A stretch of 64,000 nt of DNA from an uncultured Desulfobacter sp. (GCA_963665095.1 OY762069.1:4960001-5024000); one strand, 5' to 3'; counted from the stretch's first letter, positions 1-11,026 are shown. Made by a program: numbers and translations. Notes: generated by a model not told the origin, from the letters alone.

Positions 1-447
1 GTGATGACCCTGGGTGCTGCCCTGGCCGGGCCCCTGATTGACGGCGGGGAGCGAAAAGCGGAAATCGAGCGCACAAGGGCGGTTGTCCGGGAAGTTGTCA
101 ATGAATATGCCGGAATTGTTGCCGGCGCCATGTGCGAGGTGGAGGATACCTTGGTGGCCATTGACCGGCAGAACGCCTATATCCGGCAGCTTGAACAGCA
201 GCTCACTGCCGTGCGGGTCACCATGCAGGATGCCCGGGTCCAATATTTGAACGGCCAGAGCAGCTACCTCAATTACCTTGCGGCCTGGGCCTCTCTGGAG
301 AGCCTGGAACGTCAGATTATCAGTGAAAAAGCATCATATGTGAAAGAACGGATAGCCCTCTACCGGGTAACGGGATGGCAAGGTGCCTATTTAACACAGA
401 CCTTTTTTAAACAGCCCCAGGACCCAAAAAATGCCGGAGTTGAATGA
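1..447 (+). CDS. Outer-membrane efflux protein (TolC/NodT family), C-terminal part; 5' end outside the window
   Basis: PLIDGG..AEIER, EVEDTL, ALYRVTGW pattern typical of OEP C-termini; lies directly upstream of MFP and RND genes. Confidence 0.85.
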   Translation: MMTLGAALAGPLIDGGERKAEIERTRAVVREVVNEYAGIVAGAMCEVEDTLVAIDRQNAYIRQLEQQLTAVRVTMQDARVQYLNGQSSYLNYLAAWASLESLERQIISEKASYVKERIALYRVTGWQGAYLTQTFFKQPQDPKNAGVE

Positions 448-450
448 TCC

Positions 451-1635
451 ATGAGTGAGAATTTATCCCCCACGCCACTGGCGGTCACCCTTTTAAAAAT
501 TATTTTGCCCCTGTGTCTGATTGGCGGCGGTGTTGCCGGGTATGAATATTACAAAGCACAGGAAGTGACGTTGGATCGCAAGCCTGTTGAAAAGACAGTA
601 CCTGTTGTGGATGTCATGAACATTTCCCCGGGCCGGTTTACCACACGGATCCGGGCCATGGGCACGGTACAGCCGGACCGGAAGGTGGACGTGAAGGCTC
701 AGGTGGCCGGGAAAGTTGAAAAAGTGGCTGAGCAGTTTGTCCAGGGGGGGCTGCTGAAAAAAGGCCAGATGATGGTTCAGCTGGAGGAGGCAGATTACAA
801 TCTGGCCGTGGATAAGGCCCAAAGCGCTTTGAATCAGGCCCTTGCAGATTTTGAAATAGAAAAGGGCCAGCAGCAGATTGCCAAAGAAGAGCTCAGTCTC
901 ATGGCAAAAATGTCTGTTGACGGGATTCAGGAGACCAGTCTGATATTGAGGAAACCCCAGCTTGAACAGGCCAGGGCTGCAGTGGAGAGTGCCGAAAGTG
1001 ACCTGGAAACAGCGCGCCTGAATTTAAAACGCACACAGATCTGTGCTCCGTTTCATGCACTGATTCTGTCCAAGGATGTGGATGTCGGCGCCATGGCAGC
1101 GGCCCAGGGCACCCTTGCCACACTTGTGGATGTGACCTGTTTCCAGGTAAAGGTTCAGGTACCCCTGGATCGTCTGGACCGCATCCGTATTCATGAAAAA
1201 AATGGGAGCCCTGCCCGGGTACGCTCCCTTTATGCCGGCCGGGAATGGCCCGGTACCGTGGTCCGGTCCACAGGGTCGGTCACAGGACAAAGCCGCATGG
1301 CCGGCGTGATCATCCAGGTGAACGATCCCCTGGGTCTTGGCCCGGACAAGGGTCGTCCTGCCATGCTGCTCGACGATCACGTGGAGGCGGTGATTGAAGG
1401 CCGGGAGTTTGAAAAAGTGTTTGTCCTGCCCCGGGTGGTTTTGCGGGAGGATTCAAATTTGTGGATGTTTAATGACGGGCGCCTGGAGGTTCGCAAGGTG
1501 GCCCCGGTGTGGATAGAGGACGACCGGGTGTTCATCCAGTCCGGCCTTCTGGCTGGCGATCAGGTGATTACATCAGATCTGTCCGCACCTGTACCGGGTA
1601 TGGCTCTGACCCTGGCATCAGAGGTGTCTCAATGA
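451..1635 (+). CDS. RND efflux periplasmic adaptor (MFP) subunit
   Basis: N-terminal TM, lipoyl half-motifs (VKAQVAGKV; RTQICAPFHA), helical hairpin. Confidence 0.93.
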   Translation: MSENLSPTPLAVTLLKIILPLCLIGGGVAGYEYYKAQEVTLDRKPVEKTVPVVDVMNISPGRFTTRIRAMGTVQPDRKVDVKAQVAGKVEKVAEQFVQGGLLKKGQMMVQLEEADYNLAVDKAQSALNQALADFEIEKGQQQIAKEELSLMAKMSVDGIQETSLILRKPQLEQARAAVESAESDLETARLNLKRTQICAPFHALILSKDVDVGAMAAAQGTLATLVDVTCFQVKVQVPLDRLDRIRIHEKNGSPARVRSLYAGREWPGTVVRSTGSVTGQSRMAGVIIQVNDPLGLGPDKGRPAMLLDDHVEAVIEGREFEKVFVLPRVVLREDSNLWMFNDGRLEVRKVAPVWIEDDRVFIQSGLLAGDQVITSDLSAPVPGMALTLASEVSQ

Positions 1636-4600
1636 CCTTGCATTCTGGAGTCAGCACCTCCGCTTCTGAAGGTAACAGCCCTAAAGGGGGTGCACCAAGA
1701 GACCCCGGTCCTAAAGGGCCTATTGCCTGGATGGCCGGAAATTCTGTCGCTGCCAATCTGTTGATGGCTGTTTTTCTGGTGGGGGGGCTGTTCATGGGGT
1801 TCTCCATCAAACAGGAGGTGTTTCCTGAATTCAGCCTGGATTCCGTAACCATCTCTATCTCATACCCCGGTGCCAGCCCCGAGGAAGTGGAGTCGGGAAT
1901 TGTACTGGCCGTGGAGGAAGCGGTTCGGGATATTGAAGGCATTGATGAAGTTACTTCCCAAGCCAGCGAAGGCAGTGCCTCCATAACTGTTGAGGCCCTG
2001 GACGGGGTGGACATCAACCGGCTGTGGCAGGAGATCAAAAGTGAGGTGGACCGCATTGACACCTTCCCCGATGAAGCAGAAGACCCTGTGGTCACCATCA
2101 GTTCCCGGCAGCGGGAAGTGGTCCGCCTGGCCCTCTACGGCAATGCCCCGGAAACCACCATGCGGGATCTGGCCGATGATATCCGGGAACAGCTCCTTTC
2201 CGACCCCGGTATTACCCAGGTAGAGCTGGAGGGAGTCAGGGACCGAGAAATTCTCGTTGAAGTGTCCACCAACACCCTGCGGCGGTACGGCATGACCATG
2301 GCCGATGTGGCCGACGCCATCTCCACGGCTTCCGTGGAACTGGGCGGGGGCGCCATTAAATCCGGGGGCGGGGATATCCTGTTGCGCATAAGCTCCCGTA
2401 AAGACTATGCCAGGCAATATGCCCAGCTACCCATCCGCATACAGGAGGATGGCTCCCAGGTGCTGCTGTCTGATATTGCCCGGGTGAGTGAAGGGTTTGA
2501 GGATTCAGACACCTGGGCCTCTTTTAACGGGAAACGGGCTGTTACCATTGCCGTCTACCGGGTCGGAGAACAAACTCCCACCCAGGTGGCATCCGCCACC
2601 AAGCAGATGCTGAAAAGCATTAATGCAAATCTGCCTGACGGTGTGCATATTGACATTGTACGCAACACCTCCAGAATATTTGATCAGCGCGCTGATCTTT
2701 TGCTGCGCAATGCATACCTGGGGCTGGCTCTGGTGTTCCTGTTCCTGGCACTGTTTCTTGAGATCCGTCTTGCCTTCTGGGTAAGCCTCGGGATTCCCAT
2801 CTCCTTTCTGGGTTCCTTTATTTTTCTGTCAGCTGCCAATTTCACCATCAATATGATCAGCATGTTTGCTTTTATTGTCACACTGGGCATTGTGGTGGAT
2901 GATGCCGTGGTGGTGGGGGAGAATATCTACCATTGCCGGCGCCAGGGGCTGCCGTTTCTGGATGCCGCCATTCAGGGCGCAAAAAGTATTGCCGTGCCCG
3001 TGGTGTTTTCCGTGATCACCAACATGGTGACATTTATGCCGATTATGTTTATTCCCGGCATTATGGGAAAAATATTCAAAACCATGCCTATAGTGGTGGT
3101 GGCGGTTTTTGGCGTCTCTTTGATTGAAAGTCTGTTTATCCTGCCGGCCCATTTAAGCCATGGGGACCAGCGGCCGTTGTTTTTTCCCTTGAATATCCTT
3201 GAACGGTGGCAGGTCCGGTTTTCCACAAAATTTGAAGCCACAGTCAAATCAATTTACGGGCGGTTACTTGCCGTGCTGCTGACCTGGCGGTATACGGTGC
3301 TGACCCTGGGGTTTGCCCTGCTGCTGGTGACAGCCGGTTATGTAGAGTCCGGCAAGATGGGGATGGTCCTGTTCCCCCGGGTGGAGTCTGACTATTCCTT
3401 TTGTGAAATTTACCTGCCCTATGGTACGCCGGTGGATAAGGTCCGGCAGGTGGAAGCCCTGCTGGTGGCATCAGCGGAAAAAACTGTGAATGAAAACGGA
3501 CAGGATGCACTGTCCACAGGTATTTATTCCCAGGTCAGTGAAAATCGTGTTCGGGTAAGGATCCATTTGACTGAACCCGAGGTGCGCCCGGTGTCCACCT
3601 CTGAGGTGACCCGCATCTGGCGTGAGAAGACCGGCCGGATCGCAGGCGTTGAAAGCATCTCCTTTGACGCCAGCCGGGGAGGTCCCGGATCCGGCAAAAG
3701 CCTTACTGTCAGCCTCAACCATCGGGATGTGGAGACCCTGAACCGGGCTGGCGAGGATCTGGCTCAGCGCCTGGGTGAATATCCCATGGTATCGGATATT
3801 GATGATGGCTCGGCCTTGGGAAAACGACAGTTTGACATCAGTCTTACCCCGGCGGGCCATCGCATGGGGCTTACCCAGCGGACCATTGCCAACAGAATTC
3901 GAAGTGCCTACCAGGGCATTGAGGCGGTGAAGAATCAGCGGGGAAGAAATGAGATCACGGTCCGTGTAAGGTTGGCCCCGGACCAGCGTACATCTGAAAC
4001 TGCATTTGAAAATTATGTGATCCAGGCGCCTAATGGGGAGATTTTGCTTCGGGATGCCATTCAGATCACCCGGGGGCGGGCCTACACCGTGATCAACCGG
4101 GTCAATGGACGACGGGAAATTGAAGTGACAGCCAATGTCACCCCCCAGTCATTGTCAGAAAATATTGTTCAGGACATGAAACAGGAGATTTTGCCATCGC
4201 TTGTGGCAAAGTACCCGGGTCTGTCATACGGGTTCAAGGGAAGGCAGGAAGATATTAAAGAAAGCGTCACTTCCCTGGTCAAAGGCCTGGGTCTGGCATT
4301 GTTCTGTGTGTTTGCTTTGCTGGCCGTTCCCTTTAAAAGTTATTTTCAGCCGCTGATCATCATGTTGTGTATTCCCTTTGGCATGATCGGGGCCGTAGCC
4401 GGCCATGTCATCATGGGGTATTCCCTGTCCGTGATGAGTTTATTTGGCCTTGTGGCCATGTCCGGGGTGGTGGTCAATGACTCCCTGGTTCTCATTGATT
4501 TTGCCAACCGCCTGGTGCGCGGCGGTATGCCGGTGGTGGCGGCTGTGCGGGCCGCCGGAATCCAGCGGTTCAGGCCCATTCTCTTAACGACGCTTACCAC

Positions 4601-4826
4601 CTGCGGGGGGCTGGCCCCCATCATAACAGAGACATCCCGTCAGGCACGGTTTCTCATTCCCATGGCCATCTCTCTTGGATTCGGCATTTTATTTGCCACT
4701 GTGATCACCCTGTGTCTTGTGCCCTGCATGTACCTGATCCTTGAAGATATCAAACGCCTGTTCGGGGCGGTTGACGTGCCTGAAGCAGAAAGTACCATGA
4801 TAACTGAAGAACAAAAAAGTATGTAA
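1632..4826 (+). CDS. RND efflux transporter permease (AcrB/AcrD/AcrF family)
   Basis: GIVVDDAVVVGE and QRFRPILLTT motifs, two large periplasmic loops; ATG at 1632 overlaps the MFP stop (ATGA). Confidence 0.95.
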   Translation: MTLHSGVSTSASEGNSPKGGAPRDPGPKGPIAWMAGNSVAANLLMAVFLVGGLFMGFSIKQEVFPEFSLDSVTISISYPGASPEEVESGIVLAVEEAVRDIEGIDEVTSQASEGSASITVEALDGVDINRLWQEIKSEVDRIDTFPDEAEDPVVTISSRQREVVRLALYGNAPETTMRDLADDIREQLLSDPGITQVELEGVRDREILVEVSTNTLRRYGMTMADVADAISTASVELGGGAIKSGGGDILLRISSRKDYARQYAQLPIRIQEDGSQVLLSDIARVSEGFEDSDTWASFNGKRAVTIAVYRVGEQTPTQVASATKQMLKSINANLPDGVHIDIVRNTSRIFDQRADLLLRNAYLGLALVFLFLALFLEIRLAFWVSLGIPISFLGSFIFLSAANFTINMISMFAFIVTLGIVVDDAVVVGENIYHCRRQGLPFLDAAIQGAKSIAVPVVFSVITNMVTFMPIMFIPGIMGKIFKTMPIVVVAVFGVSLIESLFILPAHLSHGDQRPLFFPLNILERWQVRFSTKFEATVKSIYGRLLAVLLTWRYTVLTLGFALLLVTAGYVESGKMGMVLFPRVESDYSFCEIYLPYGTPVDKVRQVEALLVASAEKTVNENGQDALSTGIYSQVSENRVRVRIHLTEPEVRPVSTSEVTRIWREKTGRIAGVESISFDASRGGPGSGKSLTVSLNHRDVETLNRAGEDLAQRLGEYPMVSDIDDGSALGKRQFDISLTPAGHRMGLTQRTIANRIRSAYQGIEAVKNQRGRNEITVRVRLAPDQRTSETAFENYVIQAPNGEILLRDAIQITRGRAYTVINRVNGRREIEVTANVTPQSLSENIVQDMKQEILPSLVAKYPGLSYGFKGRQEDIKESVTSLVKGLGLALFCVFALLAVPFKSYFQPLIIMLCIPFGMIGAVAGHVIMGYSLSVMSLFGLVAMSGVVVNDSLVLIDFANRLVRGGMPVVAAVRAAGIQRFRPILLTTLTTCGGLAPIITETSRQARFLIPMAISLGFGILFATVITLCLVPCMYLILEDIKRLFGAVDVPEAESTMITEEQKSM

Positions 4827-4828
4827 CT

Positions 4829-5725
4829 ATGGCTCATTTTATTACCCAGATTCTCTTACCCATCAGCCTTGCATTCATCATGCTGGGCATTGGGCTGTCC
4901 ATTAAACTCTCAGATTTTTTCCGGCTCAAGCATAATAAGACAGCCATTGCCGGCGGTTTTTTTCTGCAGATAGTCGCGCTTCCGGTTTTGGCGTTTTTAT
5001 TGATTTCTCTTTTTGACATTAAACAGGAGTATGCTGTGGCACTGCTCCTTGTGGCGGCCTGTCCGGGCGGTGTGACCAGCAATGCCATTACGTTTATTTT
5101 TTCAGGGGCAGTGGCGCTTTCTGTGGTGCTGACCCTGTTGAGCAGCATTGTCTCCCCGTTTTCAATTCCGCTGATAGCCCAATGGAGTCTGGGGCATTTC
5201 ATCAGTGATACAGCCCGCCATGAATTCTCGTTAATGGGGGCTGTGGTCAAACTGTTTGCCCTGTCCATTGTTCCCATTCTGATCGGGCAGTTTGCCCGGC
5301 GAGCTGTTCCCGCCTGGTGTGACAGAAACAGTGACCGGTTCAGAAAATTTTCAGGGTGGTGGTTTCTATTACTGCTGCTGGCCATGACAGCCACCAATCA
5401 TACCCTGCTGTTCAAGGTGGTTTCCGATATCGGATGGGTAGTCATTGTTATTGCTGTGGCCGCCATTGCATTAGGCTTTTTCGGCGCGCGACTGATGGGA
5501 CTTTCCTCTGTCTACCGGCTTACGTTAGCCATTGAAGTGGGCATCCAGAACGCCGGAATGGGTATGATCATCACAGGTACGGTGCTGCATAACCAGACCA
5601 TGACCATGATTCTGATTGCCTATGGTATCCTGATGCAGATTCCCATTTTTATTTTTGCCTTTCTGTACAGCCGTCACCTTAACCAGTTGGGGAGCAGTTC
5701 TCTTGCAAACTCAGCCGGCGTTTAA
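4829..5725 (+). CDS. Bile acid:sodium symporter (BASS) family transporter
   Basis: ACPGGVTSN and IEVGIQN motifs, multiple TM helices. Confidence 0.92.
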   Translation: MAHFITQILLPISLAFIMLGIGLSIKLSDFFRLKHNKTAIAGGFFLQIVALPVLAFLLISLFDIKQEYAVALLLVAACPGGVTSNAITFIFSGAVALSVVLTLLSSIVSPFSIPLIAQWSLGHFISDTARHEFSLMGAVVKLFALSIVPILIGQFARRAVPAWCDRNSDRFRKFSGWWFLLLLLAMTATNHTLLFKVVSDIGWVVIVIAVAAIALGFFGARLMGLSSVYRLTLAIEVGIQNAGMGMIITGTVLHNQTMTMILIAYGILMQIPIFIFAFLYSRHLNQLGSSSLANSAGV

Positions 5726-5773
5726 TATCAGGCCGCTTTGGATTTTTATTGTGAAAAGGCCCGGCAAAATGGA

Positions 5774-7600
5774 TTAACCGTGTAATTGTTCATGGACTGC
5801 AGCTGAAAATTTTTCAATGGTATATGGCTTTTTCAGCAGAACTGTTTTGCCTAAGGCCATTGCCTGCCGCACCAGGTCTGTTTCTGAAAAACCGGTGATG
5901 ATAATGCTTTTTAGATTCGGATAGATCTGCCGTATGGCCTTCAGGGTGTCATATCCATTGATTCCCGGATCCATGACCATATCGGTAATCAATAAATCCG
6001 GTTTGTTTTCTTCGCAGTACGCTATGGCCTTCTCTCCGCTTTCAACACAGACAGGCACATAGCCTAAATTTCCCAGAACCTGGCTGCCAACCTGCCGCTG
6101 CTCTTTTACGTCATCCACCAGCAGGACTTTCTCGCCCTGACCCATGAACCTTGAACGTGCAGGTCCTTCTTTCCGGGCAGACACAGATTCCCGGGTGACA
6201 GGAAAATATAGGGTGAACCGTGAACCTTGTGTCTGAGATGATTTTATGTCGATAAATCCGTTGTGATCTTTAACCACACTTTGAACAATGGTCATTCCCA
6301 ACCCGGTTCCGCTGCGCCCCATCTTTTTTTGGGTAAAAAAAGGCTCGAAAATACTGTTCAGATCTTGGTCTGTGATCCCTATCCCTGTATCAGACACTTC
6401 AAGCACCGCATATTCGCCTCTGGAAACGGTTTCAATTCCATGCAGATCCTGGTCAATGACAAGGTTGTAAGCCCTGATATCTATACGGCCTTCGAAGGGA
6501 ATGGACTCTGCCGCATTTGATACCAGATTCATGATAACATTGAATATATGAATTTCTGATCCAAAGAGGGTTCCGGGCTCATTGGAAAGGTCCGTATGTA
6601 TCTCCACATCCGGATGAAACCGCCGCAGTTTTGCACATTCCGGGCTGTCCATATAGTGCTGGATGATTTCGGCCAGCCCCACCACTTTTTTGACATTTAC
6701 ATTACTTTTGGACAGGGTTGTCAGGTCTTCAACAATCGCAGCGGCTTTGTCTCCCGAAGACTTGATGATTTTCAGGGGCTCATACAACGGGTCCTGGGGG
6801 GAGATGCTGTAAAGCAATAAATCGGGGTAGGTGGTTACCCCTGTCAATATATTGTTCAGATCGTGGGCAACCCCTGCAGCCAGAAGTCCCATGGCTTCCA
6901 TTCTTTTGGCGCTGACCAGCTTTTCCTCCATCTCCTGCCGGTCTTTCAGCGCTTTTTTAAGTTTTTGGTTGGATGCTTCAAGGGCAGATGTCTTTTCCGT
7001 TATGATCTCAACGTTTTTTACAAGCCGCTGCTGAAGAATGCCCGGACATGCCACCATAATGCCGCCAATAATCAGAAACAGGGTGGCTGCCATTGTCCAG
7101 GCTTCAATGCGGGTGGAATTGGTCATGGCCACATAATCCACCGGCAGCCATCCGTAGCTCATGCCTGCACCCACGGTCAGGATGGTTGCAATACTTGCAA
7201 AAACAGATAACAGGCCGCCTTTCATGCCTGAAAATGTGGTGGTCAGAACAATAAATGTAATCAAAAGGTTGAGTCCGGCCCCACTGAGTCCGGCTCTTCC
7301 CAGAGTTACGACGGCCAGAACATACAGTGCAAGCAGGACAATGCCTGTCTGCCACTGATACGAAAGCTTTTTTTGAAATACCAGACAACATATAAAAGGC
7401 AGGTATATCCCGATGTAGATAAGAGAGATTTCAGGCTTTCCCTGAAGAAAAACCTCCCAAGCACTCACCAGAACAGATGGAAAGCCAAAGATGCAGAAAA
7501 TAAGAACAACACTTTTAAGAAGAATTTGTTTGATGGAAAAGATGCTGTTTCCGGATAATCTGCTGCCAATAGCGTGTATAACGTCATTCAGTAGTTTCAA
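5774..7600 (-). CDS. Membrane-bound hybrid sensor histidine kinase/response regulator
   Basis: About 6 N-terminal TMs, H-box VAHDLNNIL, N/G1/F/G2 boxes, C-terminal REC (LLVDD..TDMVM..KKP); start codon uncertain (TTG). Confidence 0.92.
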   Translation of the reverse strand: MKLLNDVIHAIGSRLSGNSIFSIKQILLKSVVLIFCIFGFPSVLVSAWEVFLQGKPEISLIYIGIYLPFICCLVFQKKLSYQWQTGIVLLALYVLAVVTLGRAGLSGAGLNLLITFIVLTTTFSGMKGGLLSVFASIATILTVGAGMSYGWLPVDYVAMTNSTRIEAWTMAATLFLIIGGIMVACPGILQQRLVKNVEIITEKTSALEASNQKLKKALKDRQEMEEKLVSAKRMEAMGLLAAGVAHDLNNILTGVTTYPDLLLYSISPQDPLYEPLKIIKSSGDKAAAIVEDLTTLSKSNVNVKKVVGLAEIIQHYMDSPECAKLRRFHPDVEIHTDLSNEPGTLFGSEIHIFNVIMNLVSNAAESIPFEGRIDIRAYNLVIDQDLHGIETVSRGEYAVLEVSDTGIGITDQDLNSIFEPFFTQKKMGRSGTGLGMTIVQSVVKDHNGFIDIKSSQTQGSRFTLYFPVTRESVSARKEGPARSRFMGQGEKVLLVDDVKEQRQVGSQVLGNLGYVPVCVESGEKAIAYCEENKPDLLITDMVMDPGINGYDTLKAIRQIYPNLKSIIITGFSETDLVRQAMALGKTVLLKKPYTIEKFSAAVHEQLHG

Positions 7601-7673
7601 CAGGTGCTTCCTTCAAGATGTCAGCAGGATCATTACATAATCTGTCATGCTAATATCATAAACTTAAATAAGT

Positions 7674-8474
7674 TTAAACGCGAATCGCTTCAACGAATCC
7701 GGCCATAAGTTCAAGCACATCCTCCCGCTTTTCAAAGTGGGGGGTGTGGCAGCATGCTTCAATTATTTCAATGCGACAATCCGGTGTTCGGGATTTCATT
7801 GCGTCAAGCTGGGCCAACGTCGCATACGGGTCCTGCCGGCCCTGGATCGCCATAACCGGAACAAAAATCCGTTTTAAATATTTTTCAATATTCCACCATT
7901 GGGCAAATCTGGGTCTCAGCCATGTCTGGTTCCATCCCTGAAAAGCGGTTTCTGTATTTTTCCCATGATAGCGTTCAAGTTTCTCTTTGAGCCCTTTTTC
8001 AAAATATGCTTTCCTTGTCGCTTTAAGTCCGATTGTGGTCACAGGTTCACAGAAGACATGGGCCGCTTCCGTGATCAGCCCCCTAAGATGACCGGCCTTT
8101 GGGCTTCCGGCATAGATGATGCCGATGGAGCCGCCGTCTGAGTGCCCGATGATGATATGGTCCCGGATGCCGGCAGCAGCCAGAACCTGTGGAAGTACAC
8201 AAAGGGCTTCCTGATGCAGGAAATTTATTTTTCTTGGCAACGGGCCGGGGTCGGAATTGCCGTAACCGGCCCGGGAAAACATAAATCCCGGCAGGCCTGT
8301 TTTTTTACAGAGCCAGGCGGGAAAATCCTTCCACAGGCGGATGCAGCCCAACCCTTCATGGAGAAAGACCAGCATTAGCGAATCGCGGGGCGGCCGTTCC
8401 CCGATCCACTGACATTCAAGGTTTTGACCGTTTATTTTCAATGTTAAAATACTTTCCTTTGGCTCCTTTATCAT
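7674..8474 (-). CDS. Alpha/beta fold hydrolase
   Basis: FLHEGLG, nucleophile elbow GHSDGG, QGRQD, HTPH; ATG at 8474 preferred over the longer ORF start. Confidence 0.9.
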   Translation of the reverse strand: MIKEPKESILTLKINGQNLECQWIGERPPRDSLMLVFLHEGLGCIRLWKDFPAWLCKKTGLPGFMFSRAGYGNSDPGPLPRKINFLHQEALCVLPQVLAAAGIRDHIIIGHSDGGSIGIIYAGSPKAGHLRGLITEAAHVFCEPVTTIGLKATRKAYFEKGLKEKLERYHGKNTETAFQGWNQTWLRPRFAQWWNIEKYLKRIFVPVMAIQGRQDPYATLAQLDAMKSRTPDCRIEIIEACCHTPHFEKREDVLELMAGFVEAIRV

Positions 8475-8641
8475 GGTATTCAGGTATATATAGTTATATA
8501 TCCCGAAAGTTAAGCCATTTTCAATCAACGATATCACAAACCGCAATATGTTCTTGCGAATCAATTTTAAACAGATTAGGTTAGATGGTTGCCGGCGACA
8601 ATTAATGAAAGATGGAAAGGACGATTCAGATGACAGATCCG

Positions 8642-8887
8642 ATGAAGTGGTTTATGGCTTTTTTTATATTCTTCAGCCTTGTGGCATGTTCCAGAATAAC
8701 CCCTGAAAATTATGATAAAATTAAGCTTGGAATGGATTATCAGCAAGTCGTTGAAATCCTGGGTGAGGCGGACAGGTGTGATGCTGCACTGGGTGCGAAG
8801 AGCTGTATCTGGGGGAATGACCGGAAGAATATTAAAATACAATTTATTGCTGAGAAAGTGGTGATTCCGACGATGAAAGGACTGTAG
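8642..8887 (+). CDS. Small lipoprotein (DUF3862/SmpA-BamE-like)
   Basis: Lipobox LVAC, ENYDKIKLGMDYQQVVEILGE repeat-type motif. Confidence 0.8.
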   Translation: MKWFMAFFIFFSLVACSRITPENYDKIKLGMDYQQVVEILGEADRCDAALGAKSCIWGNDRKNIKIQFIAEKVVIPTMKGL

Positions 8888-8918
8888 TTTTTAAATTCAC
8901 AGGAGTAAAATAGCCTTT

Positions 8919-9932
8919 ATGACAGTGTCCTTATCCCAGATGGAAGAAAAAGTCCGGTTACTGGTTGAGCACGACCAGAAAGACAAGGCTGTCAAGCTTC
9001 TCTTTGAAATGGTCAAGGCCTGTGCAAAGGCCAGACAGTTTAAAAAAGCCGATCAGCTGAGAAAGCAGATGTCAGAAGTGAACTCAATGGCCCTGGAGCA
9101 GATCATTGGCGCGGCTGAGATTATTGATGCTGAAAAGGCAAAGGCCATTGATCCGGATCATAAAAGGGTCTGGTCGGGTCTTTACGAACACATGGGTGAG
9201 GTGGAGGCCAGCGATTTTTATTTCTCTTTGAAAAAAATGGAGCTGCCTCCGGACAAAATGATCCTGCAGCAGGGCCGGGTGAATAACCGGCTTTTTCTTG
9301 TGGATTCCGGCATCATGAAAATCCTTTATGAAAAAGATAAAAAGGAGATGTTTCTCAAAGAGTCGGGTAAAGGTGAGCCTGTGGGGTTTCAGTCTTTTTT
9401 CTCCATCAGCTATGCCACTGTCACTGCCGTTACCCGGGGACCGGTGACACTGCATATGCTGGACAGAAACGCATGGGACCTGCTGATGGCGGAGCACCCC
9501 GGCATTGGCGGAAAACTGGAAACCATCTGCAAAAACCGGATTAAAGATAAAATTGAAGATCTCCTGAAAAAAAAGGCAGCTGAACGTCGTATGTACGAAC
9601 GGTTCAAGATAAAGGGAAAGGCAGGGGTTCAGATTCTTGATTCCCAGAATCAGCCCACAAAAGCCGCTTTCAGCGTTGTCATGGAAGACCTTTCCCGGGG
9701 CGGGGTGGCGTTTTCATTCAGGAAATCCAGCAGCAAAGAGGCCCGGATGTTTTTAGGCCGGCACGCCCTGCTCGATATCCATGCCGGAAAAGGCCGGCTG
9801 TCCAAGTCCGGCCGGATTATTGGTGTCTATAATCAGATGTTTAATGAATTTCTGGTTAATTTTAAATTTGATGAACTGGAACCGCTTGAGAAAATTCAGG
9901 ATATGGTTACTGCGTCCAAGGCCAAAGTTTAG
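8919..9932 (+). CDS. Cyclic-nucleotide-binding domain + PilZ domain protein
   Basis: cNMP-like region (ILQQGRVNNRLFLVDSG..GEPVG) and PilZ motifs RRMYER and DLSRGG. Confidence 0.85.
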   Translation: MTVSLSQMEEKVRLLVEHDQKDKAVKLLFEMVKACAKARQFKKADQLRKQMSEVNSMALEQIIGAAEIIDAEKAKAIDPDHKRVWSGLYEHMGEVEASDFYFSLKKMELPPDKMILQQGRVNNRLFLVDSGIMKILYEKDKKEMFLKESGKGEPVGFQSFFSISYATVTAVTRGPVTLHMLDRNAWDLLMAEHPGIGGKLETICKNRIKDKIEDLLKKKAAERRMYERFKIKGKAGVQILDSQNQPTKAAFSVVMEDLSRGGVAFSFRKSSSKEARMFLGRHALLDIHAGKGRLSKSGRIIGVYNQMFNEFLVNFKFDELEPLEKIQDMVTASKAKV

Positions 9933-10009
9933 GACGCCGCTGCCTGTATTTTGTGGAATATTTGGATAAAAGCCCCTTGTATTTGCCTTAATGACCCTGT
10001 TATCTGGAG

Positions 10010-10882
10010 ATGCCCATGACCATTGACTGTCACTACCACCTGGAGCCCCGTGTTCAACCTGTTGACAACCTCATCGCCAAGATGGATCAAAACGGCATTG
10101 AGAAGACTGCCCTGATGGCGTGCATGTGCGACCCCCTGCCTCACACCCCGGAACCGCTGCTCAAGCTGCTCCGGGTTTTTCTTGTCAATCGCCCGCTGCG
10201 CTGGGCAGCAAAGATGCTTTCGGCCCGGTTTTCCGACAAGGGCGAAGTGATTCTGCCCGGCAAAAATCTGGCCATCTATCCGGATCCTGACAACGAACCT
10301 GTGGCAGAAGCCCTGGCTGCCCGGCCGGACCGGTTTCTGGGCTGGATTTTTGTCAATCCCTGCGGGAAAAACAATCCCATTGATGAATTTGAGAAATATC
10401 GCGAAACAGATGGATTTATCGGTATTAAAGCCCATCCGTTCTGGCACAGATACGCCCCGGAGAAACTTCTGCCCGTAGCAGAGAAGGCTGCCGGACAGGG
10501 CGTGCCCCTGCTGATCCATGTGGGATTTGGCGATCACGGAGATTTCCAGCCGTTACTCCGGGAGCTGCCTGAACTGAAACTGATTCTGGCCCATTCCGGG
10601 TTTCCCTGCTTTAAAGATACCTGGCAGATAATTCTGCCCCACAAAAATGTCATGGTGGATCTGTCTGCTGATGCCTACCTGAACGGGGCCACCACCCGGC
10701 ATGTCGTGGAATTCCTAGGCGTGGAACGGTGCTTGTTCGGGTCGGACGGGCCGTATGGCAACACAGCCGATGACGGGTATTTTGACAATGGGTTTATTAA
10801 ACGCCGGATAGAGTCGATTTTTCCTGACAAGGGCGTCCAGAACCAACTGCTGAGAGACAATTTCCTTGAGGTGATTTCCTGA
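10010..10882 (+). CDS. Amidohydrolase_2 family metal-dependent hydrolase
   Basis: IDCHYH, GIKAHP, LIHVG, ILAHSG, LFGSDGP. Confidence 0.92.
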   Translation: MPMTIDCHYHLEPRVQPVDNLIAKMDQNGIEKTALMACMCDPLPHTPEPLLKLLRVFLVNRPLRWAAKMLSARFSDKGEVILPGKNLAIYPDPDNEPVAEALAARPDRFLGWIFVNPCGKNNPIDEFEKYRETDGFIGIKAHPFWHRYAPEKLLPVAEKAAGQGVPLLIHVGFGDHGDFQPLLRELPELKLILAHSGFPCFKDTWQIILPHKNVMVDLSADAYLNGATTRHVVEFLGVERCLFGSDGPYGNTADDGYFDNGFIKRRIESIFPDKGVQNQLLRDNFLEVIS

Positions 10883-11026
10883 CGCACTGGGTCATCCATG
10901 AATGATGTTCGCACGCAATTGACAAAGGCCTGCGCCTGTCTTAAAACAACAGCGTGCTTTTTTTATGCGGCACACCATTGGATGACTGAGGGGCGCAGCC
11001 CCTTCAAATAAAGGAAACAACCCGGT

